From an uncultured Verrucomicrobiae bacterium (GTDB lineage Bacteria; Verrucomicrobiota; Verrucomicrobiia; Limisphaerales; UBA11358), in assembly GCA_963827815.1 (NCBI GenBank), contig CAWHCL010000002.1:37749-101748 (forward strand): a stretch of 64,000 bases of DNA. Reading direction: 5' to 3'. Under the pieces are notes generated by a model. It ran no database searches and was not told where the DNA came from. It worked only from the letters and a program-made list of their open reading frames with translations. Every line of letters begins with the position of its first letter. The stretch's first letter is position 1. Of the stretch, positions 1 to 9,423 are shown in pieces. Position numbers and translations under genes: made by a program.

Positions 1-57
1 GCCAGCGCTACAATTAAAAATATGAGTGTCCATCCTAACATATAATTCCTTTCTCGT

Positions 58-1077
58 TCAGGGGTTGTCGTGGCCGTGGTCCTGATCTTTATTCTTGTTC
101 TTGTCTTGAGCCTTGTTGTTTGGACCCGAATTTCCGGAAGGCGCGACTGGAGTTGACGGCTGCGGCGGCGGTTGAGATGGAGGAATAATCTCATTGGGAT
201 GCTGTTGCTCTTTGTCCAGAGGCAATTCTTTATTTGCCGGGGGCATGATTGTCCCAGGCGGAGCTTGGGGAATTGTCCTATCAGGCGGAAGGTTGTTCGG
301 CATTTCATGATTCCCGCCCGGATTTGGTTTCGGCTGCTCCTGTCCGGGTTCGTCAGTCCGGCGCCTCATTTGTTCCGGGATCGAAGCGGATGTGTGCCGG
401 TCGGCTTCGCGGACTGAAACAGCGGTGAATTTTTGGCCGGTCGCTTTTTGAACGACATCCACGCTCGGGCCTTCGTTGACAATGACGGTTTGTGATTTGC
501 CGTCGATTTGACGGCTCGCGCGCCGGACATTTTTGATTTCAGTGGTGTTTTGAATGATGGTCGCGTTGTTCACGATTATGGTATCGGGCCGCACCCGATC
601 GTGGAAATGGCGGCTTTCGACGAAAACATAAAATGATGGCTCAACCGTAAAACCAGGTGGCCCGCATGGCACCCATCCGATATAGTCGCCGCCAATGCGC
701 CAATAGACCCATGCCGGCGCCCATTCAACACCTGGAACCCAGACCCATCCATAGTTTGAATCACAGACCCATGTACCGTAATGGTAACACGCCCAAGCCC
801 ACGGTTCATCACTGACCCAATACCAACCACAATCGGTCCATTCCCAATAGCCATTGCAATATGGCCGCCATCCCACCGCGACGCCCGCCGGACGCCAGCA
901 ACGACCGTAAGAACCGACTTCGACCCATGTGCCTTGCGAGGCGAGCGGCTCATAAAACTCCCCTGCGGAACGGATGGACACTCCTGCGGTAACTTCCATG
1001 TCTGCTGAAGCGTGAAAAACGCCAAGACCCAGACTTCCCGTCAGGCCAACGGTCAGAATTATCGCGCGCATTTTCAT
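58..1077 (-). CDS. Secreted Trp/Tyr-rich repeat protein (YXWGXW / DUF6600-like) with Pro/Gln/Lys-rich C-terminal tail
   Basis: ORF 58..1263(-) trimmed to the ATG at 1077, where MKMKMRAIILTVGLTGSLGLGVFHASA looks like a signal peptide. Repeated aromatic motifs: YGRCWRP, GYWEWTDCGWYWV, YGWVWVPGVEW, WVYWRIGGDYIGW. Low-complexity tail. Family name is from memory. Confidence 0.7.
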   Translation of the reverse strand: MKMRAIILTVGLTGSLGLGVFHASADMEVTAGVSIRSAGEFYEPLASQGTWVEVGSYGRCWRPAGVAVGWRPYCNGYWEWTDCGWYWVSDEPWAWACYHYGTWVCDSNYGWVWVPGVEWAPAWVYWRIGGDYIGWVPCGPPGFTVEPSFYVFVESRHFHDRVRPDTIIVNNATIIQNTTEIKNVRRASRQIDGKSQTVIVNEGPSVDVVQKATGQKFTAVSVREADRHTSASIPEQMRRRTDEPGQEQPKPNPGGNHEMPNNLPPDRTIPQAPPGTIMPPANKELPLDKEQQHPNEIIPPSQPPPQPSTPVAPSGNSGPNNKAQDKNKNKDQDHGHDNP

Positions 1078-1123
1078 TTTAAGATTTAATCTGCACTTGT
1101 CTGCATTCGAGAAAAGCGCGTCT

Positions 1124-1447
1124 TCATCTCCAGCCACCTTGGATGAATATATGTCTTCCATCGCGATAGACATAACGATGAGGAACCCAAACGGCACCCG
1201 GGTATGGCGGGCGGTCCCAATGGCCTCCCTCCCATACCCAGCTACCGTGCCACGCCCAAGCACCTCCTATCCAAACAAAACCAATGTCGGGTTGAGGGGA
1301 AACTTCCTCCACTATCGGCGCAGGAGGGTCTCCAACGACTTCGACCTCTGTTCCAACACGCCCTACGGGATAGATAGCGCATCCACCGACAAAGACCGAG
1401 GCGATACAGATAAGCAACCCCACTTTGGCTAAAGCCGGGCATTTCAT
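1124..1447 (-). CDS. Small lipoprotein with Trp-rich (YXWGXW-like) core
   Basis: MKCPALAKVGLLICIASVFVGGC is a lipoprotein signal with a lipobox. Core is FVWIGGAWAWHGSWVWEGGHW. The start ATG overlaps the stop of the upstream DUF4142 gene (ATGA), suggesting an operon. Confidence 0.7.
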   Translation of the reverse strand: MKCPALAKVGLLICIASVFVGGCAIYPVGRVGTEVEVVGDPPAPIVEEVSPQPDIGFVWIGGAWAWHGSWVWEGGHWDRPPYPGAVWVPHRYVYRDGRHIFIQGGWR

Positions 1448-2160
1448 AAAGCAGGGACAGTTGGGTTGGGGCCAGGGTTGGTGTCGGCGCCATTGGTGTT
1501 CACCATGGTGCCCAACTTGTCTTCCATTTCTCTGGCCATTTCATAATGTCTCCGCAAGGTCGGTAGAGTCTTGTTGGCAAATTTAATTAGCTTTTTGTCC
1601 GTCAGACTTTGTGCGGCGGCGTAAAATTCATTTATGGCATTGGTGTGGTCGTTAACCATCAGGGCGGAATAGGACTGATCAAATTGATCGCCGGATAACG
1701 ACTGCAAACGCTGAATGGCCTGATAATCTTCGAGATAAGGCAAATTCGTCAACGTCAGCATTTGGCCGCCCTTGAGACCGTTGGGATTTGAGATCAGTGG
1801 ATAACTCCAGTTCGGATCATCCGCTGAAAAGGTATTGGTGGCCGGGGTGCTCAATCCCTCGTCAATGGCGATCTTCATGAGCTTTTCATTGGCTTTGGCA
1901 TGATCGCGCACCATGTGTTCGGCAAAGTTTTTAACGTCCGCATTTTGGGTTTTTTCAAGTGCGATCTCTCCTAGGCGCACTTCTTTCATTCCTCCCGTAA
2001 TAGCATCCAGAACAAATTGCTGCGTTTGATCCTGGGTGAATTGCGGCGGCGTAAACACCCCCGGCCCCTGGTTTGTGGGAGTCATTCCATTGTCCGCAAA
2101 TGCCCACAGAGCGGTGCCGGTAATAACTAGCGCCAGAATAGTTTTGATAATTGTTTTCAT
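1444..2160 (-). CDS. DUF4142 domain-containing periplasmic protein
   Basis: Signal peptide MKTIIKTILALVITGTALWA. Two DUF4142-like halves: FVLDAITGGMKEVRLGEIA..NFAEHMVRDHAKAN and DQSYSALMVNDHTNAINEF..FANKTLPTLRRH. Confidence 0.85.
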   Translation of the reverse strand: MKTIIKTILALVITGTALWAFADNGMTPTNQGPGVFTPPQFTQDQTQQFVLDAITGGMKEVRLGEIALEKTQNADVKNFAEHMVRDHAKANEKLMKIAIDEGLSTPATNTFSADDPNWSYPLISNPNGLKGGQMLTLTNLPYLEDYQAIQRLQSLSGDQFDQSYSALMVNDHTNAINEFYAAAQSLTDKKLIKFANKTLPTLRRHYEMAREMEDKLGTMVNTNGADTNPGPNPTVPAL

Positions 2161-2576
2161 AAACTCATGTTCATTTTTAAATGTTAATCAGCAAAACAGC
2201 TTTAAGCCGAAATTGTGCCATGTAAAAACCAGCATTTTACGCTTGGTAAATCGAAACATCATCCACCTCGCAATGCGAAATGCAATGGCGCGCGGTGAAA
2301 ACCATGCACTTCGCAGGCATCACGCTGCTTCCGTCATCATGTAGGAGACTTTTGATCAACTCGCTGATTGCATGACGAAGGCTGATGGAAAATCACGAGT
2401 TGGCGCAGTAAAATTGTAGTTCACATTGTGATCGGTGCCGAGTGGCCAGAATATTATCAATACAGCTCAATGATTGGCACGCATTGCGCTAAAGACGGAT
2501 TGCAAATTGAAATTCAAAAATGCATTTGCCCGGTGAACCAAATGACACGAACGAAATTGAATATAAAGAAAGAATT

Positions 2577-3080
2577 ATGAATGCCGTGCTCGAATCACCT
2601 TTGCCTGAGACCCCATCGAAGACGTCGCAAATGTTGAAGGAGAACATTTTGCTGGTGGATGAATCTGTCACTCGGCATACGCTCACCCGACTTCTGGCAA
2701 GCGAAGGTTACCATGTGTTGTCGGCGGCCAATGGAGCCGAGGCGCTCGAAATTGCCGCTCAAACGGACTTTGATCTGGTCTTGCTGGATTTAAATATGCA
2801 GGGCCTGGACGGTTGGAACACCTTTGAGCAACTCGCTGAAAAACATCCCTTCCTACCTGTGATTATCATCACAGCCCGTCCCAATCAGCGTTTTGCCGCC
2901 CTTGCTGCGGGCGCCGGGGCGCTGATTGAGAAGCCGCTTGATTTGCAAAAACTTGTTTCCACGATTCGAGACCTTTTGGATGAACCGGATGATGTCCGCA
3001 TCGCGCGCATGGCGGGGCGTCCCTCTGAATTCCATTACGTACCGCCGACGCTGCACGAATCCGGCAAAAACGCAAACTGA
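2577..3080 (+). CDS. Single-domain response regulator (receiver only)
   Basis: Receiver motifs LLVDES, DLVLLDLNMQGLDGW (acceptor Asp), PVIIITA and IEKPLD, with no output domain. The ORF opens at 2520; ATG 2577 was chosen, so the start is uncertain. Confidence 0.85.
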   Translation: MNAVLESPLPETPSKTSQMLKENILLVDESVTRHTLTRLLASEGYHVLSAANGAEALEIAAQTDFDLVLLDLNMQGLDGWNTFEQLAEKHPFLPVIIITARPNQRFAALAAGAGALIEKPLDLQKLVSTIRDLLDEPDDVRIARMAGRPSEFHYVPPTLHESGKNAN

Positions 3081-3101
3081 TAGAGAGTACCATAAAATAC
3101 C

Positions 3102-3626
3102 ATGAAAAAAATAAACATCATAACTGCATTGACCCTGTTCGCGGGTTTCTGTGCCTTGGCAGACGAAGATTCAAATACTAATACCGTAATGGCCGCGCAG
3201 AATTCAATGAGCCGATCCATGGATGACATGACGGGAAAAGTGGGTGTCGGCATTACGCTTGGCGAACCCATTGGGGCGTCGGTAAAATATTTCTTTAACG
3301 ACACGATGGCCATTGACGGGGCAGCGGGCTGGTCCGCTCACGATCACAGCGGCCTGTATCTGCACAGTGATATCCTCTGGCATAACTATGATTTGCTGCC
3401 GGTCTCCAATGGCCGGCTACCGGTTTATTTCGGCGTCGGTGGGCTGTTCCGCGCCCGCGACCATGGCGAGGACAACCAAGTTGGCATCCGCGCGCCGGTG
3501 GGCATTTCGTATATGTTCGACAATGTGCCGGTGGACATTTTTGCGGAAATCGGGCCTGCCATTGATGTCTCACCGTCCATCCGTGGTGAAATCACCGGCG
3601 GCATCGGCGTGCGGTTCTGGTTCTAA
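3102..3626 (+). CDS. Small outer-membrane beta-barrel protein
   Basis: Signal peptide MKKINIITALTLFAGFCALA, an alternating hydrophobic beta-strand pattern, and a C-terminal GVRFWF ending in Phe. Confidence 0.75.
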   Translation: MKKINIITALTLFAGFCALADEDSNTNTVMAAQNSMSRSMDDMTGKVGVGITLGEPIGASVKYFFNDTMAIDGAAGWSAHDHSGLYLHSDILWHNYDLLPVSNGRLPVYFGVGGLFRARDHGEDNQVGIRAPVGISYMFDNVPVDIFAEIGPAIDVSPSIRGEITGGIGVRFWF

Positions 3627-3646
3627 ACTATTTCCTTCCGATTCTT

Positions 3647-4324
3647 ATGAAAAGGGAAACGGTTTGTCATTTCATTGCCGCGACGCTTTTTCTAGGCGCA
3701 ATCACGTCGCATGGGCAGCAATATTATTATCTCGACGAGGAAGGGACTGGGCCTTACATCCGCGCCGGAGTCGGGCCTTCATTTTTCCAGGATGGCAGGC
3801 TCAAGCAATTCGGCGGACCGGCAGACAGTTCCGTGCGATATGACACAGGCGTAGCCGGGGATTTCGCATTGGGCTATGCCTTCAATCGGTTCTTCTCGCT
3901 CGATTTTGAAACGGGCTACATTGGTGCGCGAATCAACAACGTTCCAGGCTACACTTCGGAACGTTCAACCATCTCCAACGTGCCGCTGCTGGCCAACGCC
4001 ACGGTGTCATTTCCCATCCCGCATTCAAACATCGTTCCCTATGCAGGCGTTGGCGCAGGCGGCGCGGTGTCTGACTTCAACACCGATGGTTTCAGCGACG
4101 GCGTGACAACGGTGGTCGGCCACGAATCGGACACGGTATTTGCGTGGCAGGCATTTGCGGGCGTGCGTTTCATGCTGGGTCCGCGCGCATCACTGGGCTT
4201 CGGCTACAAGTATTTCGCCACCCGCGACCCGACGTTCAGCTATCCACCCGGCCCGAATTTCGACGTTGGTTTTCGCGGCGTCAATACGCATTCCGTTTTG
4301 CTAACATTTCAAGTGAATTTCTAG
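3647..4324 (+). CDS. Outer-membrane beta-barrel protein (OmpW/porin-family-like)
   Basis: Signal peptide ending TSHGQQ, Gly/aromatic-rich amphipathic strands (AGDFALGYAF, WQAFAGVRFML, LGFGYKYF), and a C-terminal LLTFQVNF. Confidence 0.8.
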   Translation: MKRETVCHFIAATLFLGAITSHGQQYYYLDEEGTGPYIRAGVGPSFFQDGRLKQFGGPADSSVRYDTGVAGDFALGYAFNRFFSLDFETGYIGARINNVPGYTSERSTISNVPLLANATVSFPIPHSNIVPYAGVGAGGAVSDFNTDGFSDGVTTVVGHESDTVFAWQAFAGVRFMLGPRASLGFGYKYFATRDPTFSYPPGPNFDVGFRGVNTHSVLLTFQVNF

Positions 4325-4329
4325 TGAAC

Positions 4330-4349
4330 AAAAAAAAAGGGGGGGGGGG
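4330..4349. repeat. Homopolymer tract A9 G11
   Basis: aaaaaaaaaggggggggggg read directly. It lies 6 nt after the stop of the 3647..4324 gene and 47 nt before ATG 4397. Confidence 0.95.
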
Positions 4350-4396
4350 TCTGTGACCTTTTCACGACGACAAAAAATATTAAACAAAAACCAATC

Positions 4397-4858
4397 ATGA
4401 GTTCCTCATTCAAACAAAAGCCATGGGTTAATGTCGCGATTTTTGAGAGTTTGAGCGATGGGCAGGTTCTCGAGAAGTTTCTAAAAGGTCACCGGTTCGA
4501 GGCGAAGACTTACAATGACAGGTCGCTCCAGCTCTTTTTATTTTTGTGTCCGCCACGCGCGACATTTCGCGTTCAGGTTCGAGCAAATGCATTCAGGGCT
4601 GTCACAGAACTTCTAGTCAACGCGCCGGAGGCAACAGCGATTTTGCAACGGGCGATTCACTGTCCATCCTGCGGGTCGTTGCACGTAAATTATCCGCAAA
4701 TGACTCGAAAGTTCCTCCTGCCGACGGTGGTGTTGCATTTGGGAATTATTTTTCGCGTTATTAATCATGAGGCTTATTGCGAAAATTGCCATTACATCTG
4801 GAATTTACCAGACCCGGGAAAACAGGGCCTTCCGCGGCTAAAAGCGTCCCGCCATTGA
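4397..4858 (+). CDS. Hypothetical protein with two CxxC pairs (zinc-ribbon-like)
   Basis: A 153-aa ORF carrying HCPSCGS and YCENCHY motifs and a hydrophobic segment LLPTVVLHLGIIF. No family recognised. Confidence 0.5.
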   Translation: MSSSFKQKPWVNVAIFESLSDGQVLEKFLKGHRFEAKTYNDRSLQLFLFLCPPRATFRVQVRANAFRAVTELLVNAPEATAILQRAIHCPSCGSLHVNYPQMTRKFLLPTVVLHLGIIFRVINHEAYCENCHYIWNLPDPGKQGLPRLKASRH

Positions 4859-4957
4859 TGTTGCACCGTCGGTATCGGCGTACGATCCTGATTTTAAACT
4901 ATTTTAACCTTAAAAAAACAGCAGCAAGGAGCTGGATGAACGCAATCATAAGACACC

Positions 4958-5863
4958 GTGAGTAAGCCCGTAAATATTTTGCTGATAGAAGACTCGCCGC
5001 ATGAGGCGGAGTTGATTAAATCTTCGATGGAACAGCACGGCTTTGCCGTGTCCATGCTGCGCGTGTGGGACGCCGCCACAATGACAGCCGCCCTTGCCGA
5101 CCGTGTTTGGGATGTGGTGATCAGCGATTATGTGCTGCCGGGTTTCAGCGGACCGAAGGCACTAGAGATTTATCGGCAACAGGGGCTGGACATTCCATTC
5201 ATTTGCATCTCCGGCAAGGTGGGTGAGGAAGAGGCGGTCGGCATGATCCGGGCCGGGGCGAATGATTTTGTGATGAAACTCCATCTGGAACGTCTTCCGG
5301 TGGTGGTTGAACTGGAGCTGGCACTCGCCGAGAAACGCCGGCAGCAAAAACAGGTGGCCAGGTCGGTCAGCGCCACCGGCCTGTGTCCGTTGTGGGCGAA
5401 GATTTTTGACGCGAATGACCCGGGCGAAATGAAACGCGTCCGGCGGGTAGTCGCTTTCGCCTGCGAAAAACTGGAACAGCCTGCCGGCCTGTCGGCGACC
5501 GCGAAAGAATCCGTCGAATCCGCGCGCCGGCACGATGCGCGGCAATGGGATTATCCCTACGGCTGGGCACCGCACCAGATGCTCGCATGGCGTGGATTGA
5601 AAAATTATGGTCTTGATGCCGACGCCGGGCGGCTCGCCTACCGCTGGCTTTACACGATTGTAAAAAATGCGCACGACTACAACGGCACCATTCCTGAAAA
5701 ATACAACGTTGTCACCGGCTCACACGAGGTGTTCGTGGAATACGGCAACGTCGGGACAAAATTCGCCTACATGGCCACCGAAGGTTTTGGCTGGATGAAC
5801 GCCTCGTTCGAAGTGGGGATGAATTATCTTTCACCGCACAACTGGCTGATTTGCACAAATTGA
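4958..5863 (+). CDS. Chimeric ORF: response-regulator receiver domain fused to a C-terminal fragment of GH37 trehalase
   Basis: GTG start. The N-terminus is a receiver (ILLIEDSPHEA, DVVISDYVLPGFSG, ICISGK, NDFVMK). The C-terminal ~170 aa match the trehalase C-terminus: QWDYPYGWAPHQ, EKYNVV, GFGWMNASF (compare E. coli TreA QWDAPNGWAPLQ, EKYDV, GFGWTNG). The N-terminal two-thirds of the trehalase are absent. Confidence 0.7.
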   Translation: MSKPVNILLIEDSPHEAELIKSSMEQHGFAVSMLRVWDAATMTAALADRVWDVVISDYVLPGFSGPKALEIYRQQGLDIPFICISGKVGEEEAVGMIRAGANDFVMKLHLERLPVVVELELALAEKRRQQKQVARSVSATGLCPLWAKIFDANDPGEMKRVRRVVAFACEKLEQPAGLSATAKESVESARRHDARQWDYPYGWAPHQMLAWRGLKNYGLDADAGRLAYRWLYTIVKNAHDYNGTIPEKYNVVTGSHEVFVEYGNVGTKFAYMATEGFGWMNASFEVGMNYLSPHNWLICTN

Positions 5864-6258
5864 AGCCACCTGCAGCAAAGTAAGCGGAAAATCAAAAGCA
5901 CGTCCCGAAACAAACCCGAAAGATGCAGGACGTGTCCGCGATGGCCGGTGGAGGATGTGCCGGCGAACATCCTGACCAATTGTGTTGTGCCGGAGTTGGT
6001 GTAGGTTTCAACGCGACGAACGGAATGGCGAAATGCAAAGTCCGGTTGCCAGCAGTTGCCGAAAATGACTTTTTACACCCTATTGAGACCAATTTTGGCG
6101 GATTGAGTTCGGGTGGGCCAAAAGTGCTAGAAACCCTTATTTATCAATGTATTTATAGGTTTTTGCAGTGGTTTTTCGTGGCGAGTCAGGCGTGGCGATG
6201 CTGTCCCTGCGGGACTCAATGGTGGCCGCCTGTAATGGCTGGCCGTGCGCAAGCACCG

Positions 6259-7371
6259 TCATGGATTGCCGTAATCTTGCGCCATCTTGGGATACAATGC
6301 CATGAACGCGTTCGCGTCGTACCGCCCGCCATGATCCGGCGGCGCATTCGTTCCCGCTGGCAGCGTTGGAACTTGATGATCGAAGATGGCTTCCTGCTCG
6401 CGCATGGGCGACCAGATGAAACTGCCCAGCCCCTTGTGGTTAGGCGTGTTGAAAACCAGATCGTTGAGGAAACGCTTATGCCCGCTGTATTCCACGGCGA
6501 TGATGCCGAGGTTGGGATAATGCGTGGCGATGTCGTCAAAGGTCGTCTTCCAATCATTCGTCGCGTGCTCGGTGTAGCAGGACAGGCCGACGATGTCGAA
6601 CTGCACGCCCTGTTCGAGCAGGTTGTAAATCCATTCGCGCACCAGCGCATCGTTGCGCGCGAGCGAATGGTGCAGCATGATTTTGATGTCCGGATCCACC
6701 TCCTTCGTGGCGCTGATGCCGGCCTTCAGGAGCAGGGCGAGATTGCCCCAACCGCCCGCGTTGGTGACACCGGCATTGTGGGCGTCAGTCTGGGGATTGC
6801 CCGTCGAGGTCTTGGAAGTCACGCGGCCATCCGGCCAATCCAGGCCGAAGGTGATTTCATTGCCAATCTGCACCATGTCGGGTGTCGTGCCTTGCTTCTT
6901 GAGCGCGGTCAACACCGTCTTCGTCTGGTCATGCAACGCCTTCACCATGTCGGGAAACGCCAGATTCTGCCATGCGGCGGGTTTCGGTTGATTTTCCGGC
7001 GAAGCCCAGTTGTCGGAATAAAAGAAATCCACCAGCAACCCCATGTGGGCGGCCTTGGCGCGTCTGGCGAGAATCTTGACGTGCTCCAGGTCTCCGCGCG
7101 AAAAGACGCGCGTCGGTTCCACCACAGATGGCACGCGCACATAATTGAATCCGTTATCCTTGAGGATTTGGAAAAAATCGCGCTTCACGCCGTGGTCATA
7201 ATACACCGCGCCCGCGGCTTCATCTTCGAGCAGGAACGTGATGTCCGCGCCGAGGATGAACGGTTGCGCGCGCCCCGATTGATGGGACGTGGCGGGAACA
7301 TGCGCGCACCCAGCCACGCTTAATGCGAGGCAAAAAATCGTTAGTACGACCACAAATCGAATCGTATTCAT
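6259..7371 (-). CDS. Arabinogalactan endo-beta-1,4-galactanase, GH53 (lipoprotein)
   Basis: ORF 6259..7422(-) trimmed to ATG 7371; MNTIRFVVVLTIFCLALSVAGC has a lipobox. GH53 pattern: LGADITFLLEDEAAG..FQILKDNGFNYVRV, QIGNEITFG, IMLHHSL, DIVGLSCY. Confidence 0.9.
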   Translation of the reverse strand: MNTIRFVVVLTIFCLALSVAGCAHVPATSHQSGRAQPFILGADITFLLEDEAAGAVYYDHGVKRDFFQILKDNGFNYVRVPSVVEPTRVFSRGDLEHVKILARRAKAAHMGLLVDFFYSDNWASPENQPKPAAWQNLAFPDMVKALHDQTKTVLTALKKQGTTPDMVQIGNEITFGLDWPDGRVTSKTSTGNPQTDAHNAGVTNAGGWGNLALLLKAGISATKEVDPDIKIMLHHSLARNDALVREWIYNLLEQGVQFDIVGLSCYTEHATNDWKTTFDDIATHYPNLGIIAVEYSGHKRFLNDLVFNTPNHKGLGSFIWSPMREQEAIFDHQVPTLPAGTNAPPDHGGRYDANAFMALYPKMAQDYGNP

Positions 7372-7635
7372 AATCTCAATGGAAGACGGCAGAAATTTGC
7401 CAAGCCAGTTACACGATTTCAACTTCGAACGCAGAATTGACGCTGTCAGTTTTCCGGCTCACACTCGCCGCATGGCAAATAAATCAGCCTCGAAAACGGA
7501 AGGTTCATCGCGCTGCGAGGAACGGACACTACAGCATGGCGTCGATACCACCAAACTGAAATTGTTTACCCCCCTCGACATCCACGTCGTTTATTGCAGA
7601 GAGAATCTACAAAAAACCGCCAGTATTTGAGTTAA

Positions 7636-9303
7636 ATGAAAGGTCCAGTCAAACATGTTGAGCTTCTAGATTACATCCGGGGCATTGCAATTATTGCAGT
7701 GTTGCTTTTCCATAGCCTCAACACTGTCTACGGATACGACGCGCTCCCATGGAAAGGGTGGTTCCGTGATTTTTCAGCTCCGCCAATTTCATACCTTTGC
7801 TTTCTTCCTTTTAGTATTGGCGATGCAGGCGTTGCTATTTTCTTTGTTGTCAGCGGGTTTTGTATACATTTGAGTTTTCAACAGCAGGGGCAGAGGTGGA
7901 GTGGCTTTTTTATAAGAAGGTTTTTTCGAATATACCCCGCTTACTTTGCAGCGCTGATCTTTTTTGTCTCCGTTGGTTTTTTTAATATGAGGATTTTCGG
8001 GATGAACTGGACCGACATATTTAACTGGAAGGCTGGTGTACAACCGTTTACACACTTAATTCTGATTCATAACATTCATCCTTATACGCTTGGTGGAATC
8101 AATGGTTCATTTTGGAGCCTGGCCATAGAAGCTCAGTTATATTTGCTATACCCAGCATTGCTCGTTTTGGTCGCTAAGTTCGAGTGGCGCCTTACCATGG
8201 TTCTCCTTGCGGGAATCGAACTGCTGATTCGCGGATTTGACGGTAGCCTTGTACTGTCTGGAACTGCCACAAGCACTGTTTGGGATTACGTTTCCTACCT
8301 ATTGGCCAACTCACCTTTGGATTACTGGTTCAGTTGGGCGCTTGGCGCCTTTGTCGCTGATGCTTTTCTAAAAAATCAACCATTGCCTTTCACAAAGGCC
8401 CCGACAATTTTGTGGTTCAGTTTGGCGATTATCAGTTATTTCATAAAACCATTGTTCCCATTTAGGTTTTTATTGTCCGCCGTGACGACAGCGGTTATTA
8501 CAAGTAAGCTATTAAGCGGCTCCCCGTCTCCTATTAAAGCAACAAGTCTCCCATTGAATTCACTCAAGCATATTGGTTTGTGGAGTTACAGTATTTATCT
8601 ATTACACCAACCACTTCTACAAATATATTGTAATGTATTTGCTGGGGTTGCTCCAAAGGAATACTGTTTAGATCCGATTATATTTTTGTTTCTTGTTGCT
8701 ATGTGGCTTGTCATAGTGCCACTTAGAATTTTGTGGTATAAAGTCATTGAGATTCCCGGCATTGCCTTGGGTAAGCATATTATTCGACAATTGGACATTC
8801 GTCACGGCACTACAATTGTTCCGGAGAGTTTGCATATGAATGAAACTGCATTGCTATCTCACCAAACCATAAACAATCACAAATGCATCACGATAAAAGG
8901 CCGTTATTTCTCGATGGCTGCTGCCTTGTTGACCATCATCGCCGGAACCTTCTTTATATGTGCGAACTATGTTACGCCAGCACCTGAGATAAAGAACAAT
9001 AAGGCATGGTCACTTGCCACCAATCCGGACGCAACCAAAAGAAACGGAGCACTCGCTGTGAAACTTGCCGAAGAAGCCTGCCAAAGGACTCATTATCAAA
9101 CAACCATCATGGTTGGAACTCTGGCAGCAGCCTACGCAGAAGCAGGGCGATTTGATGACGCAATTGCAGCCGCCCAAAGAGCTTGCGATTTAGCAACGCA
9201 GCACGGCGAAAAAGATTTATTACAGAAAAATCAGGAGCTACTAAAGATGTTCCGTTCTCATCGGGCATATCATGAACCCTTTAATACCGTTCAGCCGCAA
9301 TAA
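7636..9303 (+). CDS. Acyltransferase-3 family membrane protein with C-terminal TPR-like soluble domain
   Basis: IRGIAIIAVLLFHS and FFVVSGFCIHLSF motifs, about 10 TM segments, and a C-terminal helical-repeat region (AEEACQRT..AAAYAEAGRFDDAIAAAQRA). Markedly AT-richer than its neighbours. Confidence 0.85.
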   Translation: MKGPVKHVELLDYIRGIAIIAVLLFHSLNTVYGYDALPWKGWFRDFSAPPISYLCFLPFSIGDAGVAIFFVVSGFCIHLSFQQQGQRWSGFFIRRFFRIYPAYFAALIFFVSVGFFNMRIFGMNWTDIFNWKAGVQPFTHLILIHNIHPYTLGGINGSFWSLAIEAQLYLLYPALLVLVAKFEWRLTMVLLAGIELLIRGFDGSLVLSGTATSTVWDYVSYLLANSPLDYWFSWALGAFVADAFLKNQPLPFTKAPTILWFSLAIISYFIKPLFPFRFLLSAVTTAVITSKLLSGSPSPIKATSLPLNSLKHIGLWSYSIYLLHQPLLQIYCNVFAGVAPKEYCLDPIIFLFLVAMWLVIVPLRILWYKVIEIPGIALGKHIIRQLDIRHGTTIVPESLHMNETALLSHQTINNHKCITIKGRYFSMAAALLTIIAGTFFICANYVTPAPEIKNNKAWSLATNPDATKRNGALAVKLAEEACQRTHYQTTIMVGTLAAAYAEAGRFDDAIAAAQRACDLATQHGEKDLLQKNQELLKMFRSHRAYHEPFNTVQPQ

Positions 9304-9423
9304 TGCATTGCGCAAATTCAAAAACCAAACGTCTGACGCTCCGAAGGATTTTCCATATCTTATTTATAATCCGCGCCCTTCAATTCACCCCAAAACAGGA
9401 TCTCACCAGATTATGTGCAGCGT

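Noticed and set aside
5864-6258. A 395-nt gap between convergent genes, checked for a small gene, tRNA or gene relic
   Set aside because: No cloverleaf-compatible sequence was found. The ORFs (e.g. 5892..6092) lack motifs. There is only a weak resemblance to upstream motif family 1 (GAGACCAATTTTGGCGGATTGAG at about 6084-6106), which is insufficient to call.
5923-7323. A 466-aa plus-strand ORF overlapping the GH53 gene
   Set aside because: It is antisense to a well-supported GH53 CDS. The product is Arg/Gly/His-rich with no recognisable motifs. This is a typical shadow ORF of GC-rich DNA.
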